A program made the position numbers and the translations under genes. This document shows, piece after piece, positions 26,999 to 38,122 of a stretch of DNA of 64,000 bases. The stretch's first letter is position 1. Each line of letters starts with the position of its first letter. Under the pieces are notes generated by a model. That model did no database searches. It was given only the letters and a program-made list of their open reading frames with translations, and had not been told where the DNA came from. Source of the stretch: Terriglobia bacterium (GTDB taxonomy: Bacteria > Acidobacteriota > Terriglobia > 20CM-2-55-15); NCBI GenBank assembly GCA_965218585.1, contig CBDCLE010000019.1, positions 96,001 to 160,000 of the forward strand, read 5' to 3'.

Positions 26999-28138
26999 TT
27001 GATACCCATCCGATACAACCTGCGCAGCCTCATCCGACGGCGCATGGGCACGCTCATGACGATCCTCGGCGTGGCCTTGACGGTCGGAATCTTCGTCTCG
27101 GTTCTGGCACTGGTCCGGGGGCTTCAGAATACCTACAGCGATACGGGGGGGCCGCTGAATCTGCTTGTAATCCGGGAGGGCTCCCAGTCGGAAACCAACA
27201 GTTTCTTCGATCGAGACGTCAAGGGGATTGTCGAGACGATGGACGGCGTCAGCCAGCTCTCCGGCGAAATCATCATCCTGATCAGTCATCCGCGCGCGAC
27301 GGGAGAGGAGGCAAACGTCCTTGTCCGTGGCGTTTCTGAAAATGCCATGGACCTGCGGCCGGCCATGGAGATCGTCCAAGGCCGGATGTTTCGTCCGGGG
27401 TTGCGGGAAGTCATCGTCAGTCAGTCGGTTTCCAACCGCTTCGCCGGAGCCGGACTCGGCGAGCGAATGCGGATTGGTCAAATCGATTGGGATGTCGTGG
27501 GAATATTCGACGCCGGGAGGACTGCCTACGACTCCGAAATCTGGGCCAGCTACGACGAGTTATCCGGCGAGTTCGAGCGTCCGATCTATTCCTCGCTGAT
27601 CTTTCGTGCCACGGACGCGTCGGCCATTCCCGCCCTGGAGCAACGCATTCTCGACGACCGGCGTCTCCAGCTGGATGTGTTTCGCGAGATCGAATACTTT
27701 CGATCGCAGACATCCACGGCCCTACCGATCCAGATTATCGGTACGTTCATTGCTGTCATCATGGCGATCGGGTCCAGTTTCGCGGTGATGAACACGATGT
27801 ACTCGGCCACGGCATATCGGACTCGGGAAATAGCGACACTCCGGATGCTTGGGTTCCGCCGCAGGGACGTTCTGGCCTCGTTCTTCGTCGAGTCCCTGAT
27901 TCTGGCCCTGGCCGGAGGCGTGGTCGGATGCATCCTGGCCCTGCCGGTCAACGGGATCTCGACGGGAACTCTGAATATCGCCACCTTTTCCGAGGTTCTC
28001 TTCGAATTCCGCATCACCCGGGAACTGATGGCGCAGGGGATGATCTTCGCTGCCGTGATGGGTGTCGCCGGCGGCATCCTCCCAGCCCGGCTGGCCGCCC
28101 GTTTACCTATTATTCGTGCGTTGAGAACAGAGGTATAG
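26999..28138 (+). CDS. MacB/FtsX-family ABC transporter permease
   Basis: IPIRYNLRSL start; NTMYSATAYRTREIATLRMLGF; PARLAARLPI. Confidence 0.9.
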   Translation: MIPIRYNLRSLIRRRMGTLMTILGVALTVGIFVSVLALVRGLQNTYSDTGGPLNLLVIREGSQSETNSFFDRDVKGIVETMDGVSQLSGEIIILISHPRATGEEANVLVRGVSENAMDLRPAMEIVQGRMFRPGLREVIVSQSVSNRFAGAGLGERMRIGQIDWDVVGIFDAGRTAYDSEIWASYDELSGEFERPIYSSLIFRATDASAIPALEQRILDDRRLQLDVFREIEYFRSQTSTALPIQIIGTFIAVIMAIGSSFAVMNTMYSATAYRTREIATLRMLGFRRRDVLASFFVESLILALAGGVVGCILALPVNGISTGTLNIATFSEVLFEFRITRELMAQGMIFAAVMGVAGGILPARLAARLPIIRALRTEV

Positions 28139-28197
28139 TGTCTTTGTGTCGAAGTGGTATCGGGCAGCGAGGCTCAGAAAACGGCGGATCTTAATAA

Positions 28198-29541
28198 ATG
28201 GACGAACTTTCCAACGAGTTACACAAACTGAAGATCGACAAATCTAAACGGATCCGTCACCGGGAAGGTCCGTCGCTGGGATGGATCCTATTGCTCGGTG
28301 GCGTCTTCGCCGGTGTCGTTGGGGGAATATTCCTGTTCCGAAGCGCGACCGGAGTGGTGGGTGTTCAGACAATCCGCCCCCGCACCGAATCGTCGGAAGC
28401 TGCAGTCCTGGTCGCCACCGGATACGTCGTCCCGCACCACCGGATCGAGCTGGGCACGAAAATCCTTGGCCGGGTCGAGTGGGTGGGCGTTGAAAAGGGA
28501 GACTCGGTCCAGGCCGGTGAAGTTCTGGTCCGGCTCGAGGCTCGGGAATACCGTGCGCAACTGGACCGAGCACTCGCGGTCCTCGAAGTCACCGAAGCCC
28601 AATTCGCGGAATTGGACCGGGGTTCGCGCCCCGAAGAGATCGAGCGGGCTCGGGCTGCGGTTGAGGGCGCCGAGGCACAACTCCGCGCCGACGAGGCGAG
28701 TTACCGGAGAATCGAGGCCCTGGTCAACGAAGGTGTGTTCACGCCCGAAAACCTCGACGACGCCCTCGGGCGTCGCGACGTCTCCCGAGCGAGCCTGGAG
28801 ACTTTGAGGCAGGAATACGAGCTGGTTTTGCTCGGCCCGCGCACCGAACAGATCGATGCGGCCCGAGCCGAAGTCGGACGGGCCCTGGCCGACGTGGCCT
28901 TTGCCGAAACCCAGATGGATGCTGTCGAGATCCGGGCTCCGATCGCAGGCGTGATCCTTGAACGAATCGTGGAGCCGGGCGAAATGGTGACGACGTCCTT
29001 TGTGGGAGACCGGGGGGCCAACTCTTCTACAGTAGCCTTGGCGGATCTCTCCGATCTCCAGGTCGAACTCGACATCAGCCAGAACGATTTCAACCGTATA
29101 CTGCCCCAGCACCCGTGTACGGTCGTCACCGATGCTTATCCCGATCATCCCTATGACTGCGCCGTAGCCGAGATCGCTCCCGAGGCAGACCGGCAGCGGG
29201 CAACGATTCAGGTCAAGGTGCAGGTGTTCGATCCGGACGCTCAAATCAAACCTGAAATGAACGCGCGCGTCACTTTCCTGAATCCTGAGGTTTCGGAGCT
29301 GGCGACCCCAACCCCACGGGTTTCCATTCCCTCGAACTCTGTTATCGAAGATACCCCTTCAGGATCGGGGGTTTTCCTCCTGGTGAACGAAACCGTAGAA
29401 CTCCGTCCGATCACGGTGTCTGGAGAACAGGGCGAATGGAGCTACGTGTCAGAGGGCCTTTCAGGAAACGAAACGGTCATCGTCGGCCCGGACCTTACCG
29501 TTCTGAGGGCCGGGGACCGCGTCGGGTCGCGCCCCGAGTGA
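28198..29541 (+). CDS. Efflux periplasmic adaptor (membrane fusion protein, HlyD/MacA-like)
   Basis: N-terminal TM, lipoyl motif [16 protein letters not shown], coiled coil, [18 protein letters not shown]. Confidence 0.9.
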   Translation: MDELSNELHKLKIDKSKRIRHREGPSLGWILLLGGVFAGVVGGIFLFRSATGVVGVQTIRPRTESSEAAVLVATGYVVPHHRIELGTKILGRVEWVGVEKGDSVQAGEVLVRLEAREYRAQLDRALAVLEVTEAQFAELDRGSRPEEIERARAAVEGAEAQLRADEASYRRIEALVNEGVFTPENLDDALGRRDVSRASLETLRQEYELVLLGPRTEQIDAARAEVGRALADVAFAETQMDAVEIRAPIAGVILERIVEPGEMVTTSFVGDRGANSSTVALADLSDLQVELDISQNDFNRILPQHPCTVVTDAYPDHPYDCAVAEIAPEADRQRATIQVKVQVFDPDAQIKPEMNARVTFLNPEVSELATPTPRVSIPSNSVIEDTPSGSGVFLLVNETVELRPITVSGEQGEWSYVSEGLSGNETVIVGPDLTVLRAGDRVGSRPE

Positions 29542-29545
29542 GGCC

Positions 29546-30220
<675 letters not shown>

Positions 30221-30299
30221 CGAAGGCCGGATACACGCAAAGTAAGGATGGGACTGTGAGGGCGGGCACGAGGGCCCCGTACCCGCCTTTCTGTGCAGC

Positions 30300-31535
30300 C
30301 TAGTCTTTTATTTCCACCAGGCCCACGCGGTTCGAGCTGGTCTGGTGAATGAGCAGGTTGCCGGCCTCGGTCACCCAGAAATTCCGGACGATCCCGACAC
30401 CGGAAGGAATAGCCCAACTCTGGAACTCTTCCGTTGCCGGGTCGAACCGTACCAGCGCATCGGGCCTCATCCCCGACTCGTTGTACCAGACGACGTCGTC
30501 TACTACCGTGAAAGCGTACGGATGGGAATCCGGGCCACTCGGTGAAGGCCACTCCTTGATCTCGCCCGTCTCCGGGTTGAGGCTTCCGATACGGCCCATG
30601 GTTGAGTTTCCGTACCAGACCATGCCGTCGCTGGCAATTCCGAGCCGACGAATACGCGACGCTTCGTTCGGTACCTCGTAATAGCGTACCGCCATCGTCT
30701 CCGGATTGAGGGCCCCGATCTTGTTCGTTCCGTTGTAAGCGATCCAGACCGTACCGTCGGGACCTACCTGGATACCATACGGCCTCTGCTCGGTGTCAAT
30801 CTCGGTGATCTCTCCGGTCTCCGGACTCAGGCGCCCGAGCATGCTGGCCCCCTGGGCGGTGAAGAAGAGCCTGCCGTTCGGGTGGAAGACGGCGCTATGG
30901 GGATCCCGGGCCTCGGTCTCGTATTCAGTGACCACGCCGGTCTTGGGATCCAGTTTGCCGACCGTGCCGTTACTGTTGCCCGTGTACCAGATGTTCCCGT
31001 CGGAGTCTGGAACGATGGTGTGCGGACGCGAGGCGGGCGGCAGGCGAAACTCTTCCATTTCACCCGTCTCCGGATCGAGCCTTCCGGCAAGGCTGGCCCA
31101 CATCCCTGTCCACCAGATCGAACCGTCCGGCGCTTCTGCCGGGTCGCGCGACCGCTGGCCCAGCGTCGGAACCATCCATTCGGTGATCTCGATCTCTGCG
31201 TCACCCGGAACCAGGGTGGGACGCCTTCCGGGCCGTTCGGGGAAGTTGTCGGCCAGATACCCGGCTACGGTGTCGGCCTGAGCATCCGGCAGCGCCACCA
31301 TCGTGGCTGCCAGCATCTTCCAGTCGTCCCGGTCGTAACCCGACGAGCCCACTATCTGCCCGAGTCCATGGCAACTCGTGCACTGACTCTGGACGAGTTC
31401 CTGGCCCGCGCCTGCCGGCAGTTGGATCTGCTGGCCACCTCGGCCGCCCCGTCCACGTTGCGCCTCTGCCGGCGCAGCGATAACCAAACAGAGGACCGCC
31501 ACCGCGGTCAAGACTAAGAACACTTTGCTTCGCAT
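30300..31535 (-). CDS. Secreted monoheme cytochrome c fused to a virginiamycin B lyase (Vgb)-like beta-propeller
   Basis: Signal peptide (AEA-Q); LPAGAGQELV..CTSCH heme motif; repeated PDGxIW...GxLDPxTG propeller blades. Confidence 0.8.
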   Translation of the reverse strand: MRSKVFLVLTAVAVLCLVIAAPAEAQRGRGGRGGQQIQLPAGAGQELVQSQCTSCHGLGQIVGSSGYDRDDWKMLAATMVALPDAQADTVAGYLADNFPERPGRRPTLVPGDAEIEITEWMVPTLGQRSRDPAEAPDGSIWWTGMWASLAGRLDPETGEMEEFRLPPASRPHTIVPDSDGNIWYTGNSNGTVGKLDPKTGVVTEYETEARDPHSAVFHPNGRLFFTAQGASMLGRLSPETGEITEIDTEQRPYGIQVGPDGTVWIAYNGTNKIGALNPETMAVRYYEVPNEASRIRRLGIASDGMVWYGNSTMGRIGSLNPETGEIKEWPSPSGPDSHPYAFTVVDDVVWYNESGMRPDALVRFDPATEEFQSWAIPSGVGIVRNFWVTEAGNLLIHQTSSNRVGLVEIKD

Positions 31536-31751
31536 AGGTTTTACCTCGAACTTTGAATCATTCGCGTCGGTGTTGCACCGATTCCTAAATCGTTGCCGCC
31601 TACTCCTCGGCAGATACAAAACCATTGAATGTAAACAGTATGGGCCGATACTACACTTCGCCAGCAGCATGGGCAAGCCCTTCCAGCGGGCGGCATCCAT
31701 CAACCTCAAACTACGACCACGCTCACTGAAGGGTTACAGAAATGGACCCAC

Positions 31752-32669
31752 TCAAGTCTGACGCCTGACCCACTCTCGGGCACCGGCCGAAAGCAGATCT
31801 CCGACGACAACCAGAACGGCCCCCAAGAGAATCAGGAAGAACATCTCGTCGTAGAAGTTGCGGGCCCGGGCGTCCTGAATCCAGAACCCCAATGAGGAAA
31901 TTCCCAACATCCCAAGAACTGTTGCCTCCCGCACGCAGGTCTCCCAACGGTAGAGGAAGAACAGCAGGAAGCGCGAAAAAGCGAGCGGAAAAAACGCCGA
32001 GAACACCATTTGAGTTCGTGTCGCTCCCAGGGCCCGGAGTGCAGCCAGCGGAGGGGACTCGGTGTTTTCTACGACCTCAGCGCCCAGCCTCCCCAGGATG
32101 CCGCTGTTATGAAGGGCCAGAGCCAGTACCAACGGCCAGGCCACGGGTCCGAGCATGGCAAGAAACAGGAACGCCCAAACGTATTCGGGGATAGATCGCG
32201 CGAAGATCATCAGGAGCCTGGATGCACCGACGATTCCACTCCACAATCCGTTGCTCAACCTGGGGGTCGTTCCCAGCGACGGCAGGTAGGGAGACGCATT
32301 CACAAGCGTACGTGCCCCGAAAAAGGAAAGAATGGCGCCGCAGCACCCCGCAATGAAGATGGCCGCAATCGATATCGCAAGGGTCGTGGTCGCGGCTTCC
32401 AGTCCCCGGGTCTCGAGAAGTTCCCATGACCATTCAATAAAGACACGCGCATCAAACGCTGTGGACTGCAGTGGATACGGCCAGAGCTCGCCGAGAAAGT
32501 TTCCGAGGTTCGTCAATCGCCGTTCGGAAAACATGGTGCTCACGCCGAAATCGCCCACGATCCAGGAGCCGGCGCCCAGAACCAGAAGCAGGACGGCACT
32601 GATTCGGGCGGGCCAGTTCTTCGGACGCAACCTCTTCAACTCGGCCACCCTGTCCCAATTTCCGCTCAT
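31752..32669 (-). CDS. PhnE/PtxC-type ABC transporter permease
   Basis: RSIPEYVWA, GILGRLGAEVVE, YRWETCVREATVLG; ATGA overlap with the upstream permease. Confidence 0.9.
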   Translation of the reverse strand: MSGNWDRVAELKRLRPKNWPARISAVLLLVLGAGSWIVGDFGVSTMFSERRLTNLGNFLGELWPYPLQSTAFDARVFIEWSWELLETRGLEAATTTLAISIAAIFIAGCCGAILSFFGARTLVNASPYLPSLGTTPRLSNGLWSGIVGASRLLMIFARSIPEYVWAFLFLAMLGPVAWPLVLALALHNSGILGRLGAEVVENTESPPLAALRALGATRTQMVFSAFFPLAFSRFLLFFLYRWETCVREATVLGMLGISSLGFWIQDARARNFYDEMFFLILLGAVLVVVGDLLSAGAREWVRRQT

Positions 32670-33589
32670 GACGTAAACCACCGACGGATGATTCCACTCC
32701 ACCATTCCACGACAACGATCAAGACAAACAAGGTATAGAGGTAAGTCCAGACTTCACCGTAGTAGAGGTTTTCAAAGGAAGCTGCCAGGTAAAAACCGAG
32801 CGTTGGAAACCCGAAAAAACCCAGGACGGCTGAAGAACGCAGCGCGCACTCGAAGCGATAGAAGGTGTACGCGGTCATGTCCGGCAACGCGCGAGGCAGG
32901 AGTGCGAACAGGAAGACCTGTGAAGGGGATGCGCCCGCTCCTCTGAGAGCATAGGCGGTATCCCGCGGAGTTTCGTCAATGATCTCCGAAAAGATCTTGG
33001 CCAGCACCCCGGCGAAAGGAATCGCCAATGCTATGACAGCGTTGATATAGAGCAGCCCAAAGGCCGCCAGAAAAAGTACAGCCCATAGCAGCTCATGAAC
33101 CGAACGCATGAGCGCAATCAGAAACCGAGTGCCTCCATAAATGAGAGGTTCGACAGTCCGACCGAGGAATCTGCCCGGCGAAGAGCGGCCTCCAACCGGA
33201 TCCTGGGCCCACCAGGCCGTTGTAGAAAAGAAACCGAGCAGGAGGGCCAGCGGGAGGGCCAGCGTCATTGCGGCCGAGGCAAAAACGACGGTGTTGCCCG
33301 CCGCTCGAAGTGCAATCAACAGCAAGGGGGAAACGCCGGTAGGCAGATCCAAGGCCTCATGGGCAAGCGCAGGGCTTAGCGCACGCGAGAAGAACTCCAG
33401 GGTCAGCTCCAGACTTGCTGTTGAGGGGACAAGGCTAGACGGGCGCAATCCGAGATACCAGAACGCCCAAGCTGCGAGTGCCGCGATTGCAATCACCAGG
33501 CTTGCCCGGGCTCTCGGGATCGACGACGCCTCGGGGAAGCTCGACGGGTCCGTCGAATACTGGACTATTGAAACTGGTGGATCCTTCAT
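32666..33589 (-). CDS. PhnE/PtxC-type ABC transporter permease
   Basis: RSVHELLWA, AKIFSEIIDE, YRFECALRSSAVLG. Confidence 0.9.
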   Translation of the reverse strand: MKDPPVSIVQYSTDPSSFPEASSIPRARASLVIAIAALAAWAFWYLGLRPSSLVPSTASLELTLEFFSRALSPALAHEALDLPTGVSPLLLIALRAAGNTVVFASAAMTLALPLALLLGFFSTTAWWAQDPVGGRSSPGRFLGRTVEPLIYGGTRFLIALMRSVHELLWAVLFLAAFGLLYINAVIALAIPFAGVLAKIFSEIIDETPRDTAYALRGAGASPSQVFLFALLPRALPDMTAYTFYRFECALRSSAVLGFFGFPTLGFYLAASFENLYYGEVWTYLYTLFVLIVVVEWWSGIIRRWFTS

Positions 33590-34344
33590 AGCTGGAAAAG
33601 GCTCTCGAACTCCGCCTCAGGTATGTCCCCCGCAGCGCGATCAAATGTGATCCGTCCCTCCCTCATCCCAACCAGACGGGGAAAGAACTCCCGCGCCAGT
33701 TCCAGGTTGTGAAGACTGACACACAGTGTCAGTCGACGCTCCGAAGCCAGCTGGGTCAGCAACTCCAGTACCGATCTGGCACGGGCCGGGTCCACACTCG
33801 AAACCGGTTCGTCGGCCAGCAGGATTTCAGGCTTCTGAAACAGGGCCCGGGCGATCGCCACCCGCTGACGCTGGCCGCCCGAGAGACGGTCTACTCTTTC
33901 GTAGAGTTTCTCTCCTATCCCGACACGTTCCAGGAGTTCATGAACTTCGGTCAAGATCTGTTTGGAAGGAAAACCGAGGAGAAGGAAAGCACGCGCGGTT
34001 GAGATCTGGCCAAGCCCTCCCAGCAATACGTTCTGAAGAACGTTCAGATTGGAAATAAGGTTGAGTTCCTGATGTATGAAACCCACACGTGCCCGCAAGC
34101 TTCGCAGGTCGGGACGGGAAAGGGAGTCCAGCCGCTCTCCGAGCGTATGAACACGGCCTCGGGTCGGGCGAACCATGCCGTTGAACAGGCGGAGGAGCGT
34201 AGTCTTACCCGCGCCACTCAACCCCACCAGTCCAAGAGATCCGGCCCGATCGACTTCGAGATCGACACCCCGGAGCGCTGTCACCGCCCCGAAGTCAACG
34301 GAAACGCCGTCAAGCGACAGGCCGCTGGAGGAACCACCATCCAT
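33586..34344 (-). CDS. PhnC-type ABC transporter ATP-binding protein
   Basis: [36 protein letters not shown]. Confidence 0.92.
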   Translation of the reverse strand: MDGGSSSGLSLDGVSVDFGAVTALRGVDLEVDRAGSLGLVGLSGAGKTTLLRLFNGMVRPTRGRVHTLGERLDSLSRPDLRSLRARVGFIHQELNLISNLNVLQNVLLGGLGQISTARAFLLLGFPSKQILTEVHELLERVGIGEKLYERVDRLSGGQRQRVAIARALFQKPEILLADEPVSSVDPARARSVLELLTQLASERRLTLCVSLHNLELAREFFPRLVGMREGRITFDRAAGDIPEAEFESLFQL

Positions 34345-34346
34345 AG

Positions 34347-35231
34347 TTAACGCAACATACCCAGTTGTTCGGCGACATCCCGTAACCGGTCATAGTCCTT
34401 ATCAGCAGCAGGAATCAGCCGTTCTCTCGGGAGAGCCGAAAGCAGATCCGGGTCGGCAATGCCGACCAGAGCCTGTTGCAACCTTTCGGTAAACCCCTCG
34501 CCATATGTGGCATCCAGCTCCGGATGCGCGACCCAATGGTAGTCGACATAGGTCGGAGTCTGCCAGATCACGGGAGCGATCTCGGGATCGGTCGTTCCTT
34601 CCGCCACCCGCCGGTCATAAACTGCATAGTTGAGAACACCGACCTCGAACTGTCCGCTCTCGACTAATTCCGCAGTCCGATCATGACTTCCCGAAAAACC
34701 CACAGGACCGCTGAAAAACTCCCCAGGTGATTCTCCTGTGTTTTCACGAATGAAGTACTCCGGCATCAAACGTCCCGAGGTCGAACTTTCGCTACCAAAG
34801 GTGAATGTAAAGTTGCCGATACCGGCAGGAAATTCATCCGACGGGGTCAACCCCGTGCTCCGGTTCGCGATGAAATACGAGTAGTATTCCGGGTCCGTAT
34901 CGCCTTGAGCGATGGCCCGCGAGCCTTCCACGGCGGCCCGCGCCTGTACACCGGTCAGTCCGCCGAACCAGCCGAAGAGAATGTCCCCGTTTCTGAACAT
35001 TTCCACAGTCGCCTGATAGTCGCGAGATGGAACGTACTCTACGGCAACCCCCAACTCTTCGGTGAGAGAGTCGGCGAAGGGCCCGAATCGCTCTTCGAGC
35101 AGAGTCGTGTTCTGATCCGGAATTCCGGAAAAGCGCAAGGGCCGTGTAGGATCGTCCACCTGTGGTCCGCATCCCACCATCGCGAGAACGGCAACCAATA
35201 TCAGTGCATGTGCGTTTCGTGTTCGAATCAT
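34347..35231 (-). CDS. Phosphonate-family (putative selenate) ABC substrate-binding lipoprotein
   Basis: Lipobox MVGC; SGIPDQ, WFGGLTGVQAR, FTFGSESSTSGRLMP, GFSGSHD, recalled as typical of the putative selenate subfamily. Confidence 0.75.
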   Translation of the reverse strand: MIRTRNAHALILVAVLAMVGCGPQVDDPTRPLRFSGIPDQNTTLLEERFGPFADSLTEELGVAVEYVPSRDYQATVEMFRNGDILFGWFGGLTGVQARAAVEGSRAIAQGDTDPEYYSYFIANRSTGLTPSDEFPAGIGNFTFTFGSESSTSGRLMPEYFIRENTGESPGEFFSGPVGFSGSHDRTAELVESGQFEVGVLNYAVYDRRVAEGTTDPEIAPVIWQTPTYVDYHWVAHPELDATYGEGFTERLQQALVGIADPDLLSALPRERLIPAADKDYDRLRDVAEQLGMLR

Positions 35232-35523
35232 TTTTTCCCTTTCTTCCTAAGAGCCACCTGATGCACGCGGCAATCGTTCCTCTACAGTAAAGAACAGATT
35301 TCCTAGGTTGAGTTGCTTGAAAAAAGTGCGAGGACGTCTACGAACTGACGTCTCAGGAGCGGACTCAGGTGAATCCGGAGAAGGTGTGACGATGGATTCG
35401 ACGACCCATTGGAGGCCTATTCTACGCTATCTTGGTCGGGTCGCGGTAGGCGATACAGACGCGAACGCCTCAACCGACTATATGGGCGTTCTTAAGAACC
35501 TCTCTTAGGAAGCGACGCCGGTG

Positions 35524-35544
35524 CCCAGGAAATCCTTTCCTGGG
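35524..35544. repeat. REP-like hairpin CCCAGGAAA-TCC-TTTCCTGGG
   Basis: Perfect 9-bp stem downstream of the minus-strand kinase. Confidence 0.5.
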
Positions 35545-35600
35545 TGCGACCCGGGCCCAATGCGGCCACGCTGGAATCCACAAGCGCCAAAGCAGCAGCT

Positions 35601-38122
35601 CTAGGATTCGTCTTGCTCACGCAGTTCTTCCATGAGCCGCTCGTACTCCGCTTCCAACTCGACCATTAACGCGTCGACCCGGGAAAGGTCGCCTGAGGGG
35701 GCCAAGTTCTCAATGGAATAACAGATCTCGGCGACAGCCGCAGCTCCGATCTCCAGACACGCTCCCTTGAGGCTGTGTGCCGTGTCGCCGATCTGACCCG
35801 CTTCCTTCAGAACGACAGCATCTCGTAGCGCCTGCATCTGACCCGGCGCGTGCTTCAGCACGGCCCGAAGGATTTTGGGGCTCTGAACGCGCGTCTGGAG
35901 GGCCGGACCCCGGGAACCGCGATGTGGGGGCTTCGGGGCCCTTACAAATAAGGCAGCGAGCGCTTCCTCCACCTTCGAGAGCGTCACCGGCTTGGTCAGA
36001 TAGCTGTCCATGCCCGCCGTCAGGGCTTCAGCCTCACTGCCGTGAAGCGCATGTGCCGAGAGGCCTATGATAGGAGTCTGGTCTCCGCCCTCCGCGAGCT
36101 TACGAATCCTGGCAGTAGTCTCAAACCCGTCCATCTCGGGCATCCGAACGTCCATCAGAACGGCATCGAATCGCTGTCGGGATACCGCTTCAACGGCCTG
36201 TGCTCCACTGTGGGCCAGTTGTACCCGGCAACCCAGTTCGGCAAGCAGTTCTTCAGCCACCTCCCGATTGACCGGGTTGTCGTCGACGACAAGCACAAGC
36301 GGTTTCGTCCCGCCCCCCTTCGTCAACAACCGTGTCGAGGAAATTACGGCTGCTTTATCGCGGCCCTGAGTCTCACCCGAGCTTCCGACGACGGTCATCA
36401 GAGAATCAAACAAATCGGACTGGAGAACTGGTTTCAGCAAGCTGGCGATGTCCAGCCTTTCCATATCCTCTTTTCGGACTTTGTCGAAGGACGTCAAAAG
36501 AATCATGGGCAGCTTGGCCGTCGCGGGCTCGGTCCGGATGGCTTCAGCCAGCTGTATTCCGCTCATCCCTGGCAGCTGCATGTCCAGCACGACCAGGTCG
36601 AAGGAGGGCTCAGAGGCGTGTGGCGGGTGCAGAAGTTCGAGCGCTTCGGAGCCGCTCTGAACCGCCGTCCCGGTCATGCCCCAGCTGTCCAGGTATTCCA
36701 TGACGATATCTCGATTGATCTGGATGTCGTCGACGACAAGAACCCTCAGCCCCTCAAGCTCCCGCTGGAGGACGATCCCGTCGGACGCCGTCTCGTCGGG
36801 CTTCTGGAACCGAACCGTGAACCAGAAGGTGCTCCCTTTTCCGGGTTCGCTCCTGACTCCGATCTGCCCGCCCATCAGGTGGACCAGCTGCCTGGAGATC
36901 GCCAGCCCGAGCCCTGTGCCTTCAGTCGCTTGACTTTCGAGGTTCTTTACCTGATGGAAGGCATCGAAGAGGTGCTCCTGGTCCTCCTGCTTGATGCCGG
37001 TGCCGGTATCGCTGACTTCGAAAAGAACCAGCGAGGCGTCTGCTTGGGGTTCAATCTTGACACTCAACAAGACCTCACCCTCGTCAGTGAATTTTATCGC
37101 ATTTCCAATCAAGTTCGTCAGCACCTGCCGGAGTCTATCAGGGTCCCCCTGGACGGTTCGGGGAACGTTTCGGTGGATCAGGTGGGCGACCTCGATTCCC
37201 TTATCGAGGCCGCGGCGGGCCAGAAGGGTGACGATATCGTCGACGGTTTCCTCGAGGTTGAACGCCCTATTCGAGAGTTCCAGCTTGCCTTCCTGAATCT
37301 GCGAGAAGTCCAGAATGTCATTGATAACGGTCAGGAGCCCTCGGCTGGCGTTGACGACCGTCTCTGCATAGCGGCGCTGTTTGGGATCAAGCTCCGTTCG
37401 CACCAACAGGTCTGTCAAGGCGATAACGGCGTTCATGGGCGTGCGGATCTCGTGACTCATGTTCGCCAGAAAGTCGCTCTTCGCGCGGTCGGAAGCTTCG
37501 GCGGCCCCCTTTGCCGACTCCAGTTCCTTCTCGTATTGTTTGCGCGTTGTGATGTCGCGGAACGTGCCCGTGAAGAACGAAGCGTCGCCAGTTAGCGATT
37601 CGGTCACAGCGACTTCCATGGGAAAGACAGTGCCATCGGCGCGACGTCCGGGAACCTCCATCGGCCCGTCGCGCCACGACCGCGGAAAAACAGAATCGAT
37701 CGCGGTCGCTGGCGACTTTTTGTGCTCCGGCAGATCGAGAAGCACCGACACCGGCTGATCCAGTAACTGCTCGCGACCGTAGCCGAACATCGTCACGGCC
37801 GTCGGATTCACGGACGTGATCGAGAGGGCGTCGTTCGTAAACGTGATGATCGTGTCGGTGGCCGTTCGAACGATCGCTTCGGCCTTGGCGGCAGCTTGCT
37901 GAAGCCGATCCATCACGTAGTTGTATCGCTGGGCGATTTGGCCGACGTCCGTGAACGGCTCGACGGGCACTCGCATGTCCATGTCGCCGGCCTTTGCCTG
38001 TCGGTCCATCGCATGAAACAGATCCAACAGTTCGGTCGTCGCACCGTGTTCTGAAACGTTCAAGCCGATGTGTTCGTCCGCTATCGCCACACGCATCGGA
38101 ACGAAGCGGTTGACCGAAAGGA
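35601..38122 (-). pseudogene. 5'-truncated hybrid sensor kinase (Amt C-terminal remnant-HAMP-like linker-PAS-HisKA-HATPase-REC-REC-Hpt)
   Basis: [29 protein letters not shown], two receivers (LDMQLP, MDVRMP), Hpt AHSLKG. The N-terminus [23 protein letters not shown] resembles an Amt C-tail; upstream sequence belongs to the opposite-strand kinase. In-frame ATG at 38096. Confidence 0.8.

Noticed and set aside
35308-35508. 66-aa intergenic ORF
   Set aside because: TTG start, no clear RBS and no motif.
31752-35600. Selenocysteine read-through genes near the putative selenate transporter
   Set aside because: I saw no gene interrupted by an in-frame TGA at a Cys-equivalent position.
36042-37595. 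517-aa plus-strand ORF
   Set aside because: Antisense shadow of the hybrid kinase with no recognisable motifs; common in GC-rich DNA.
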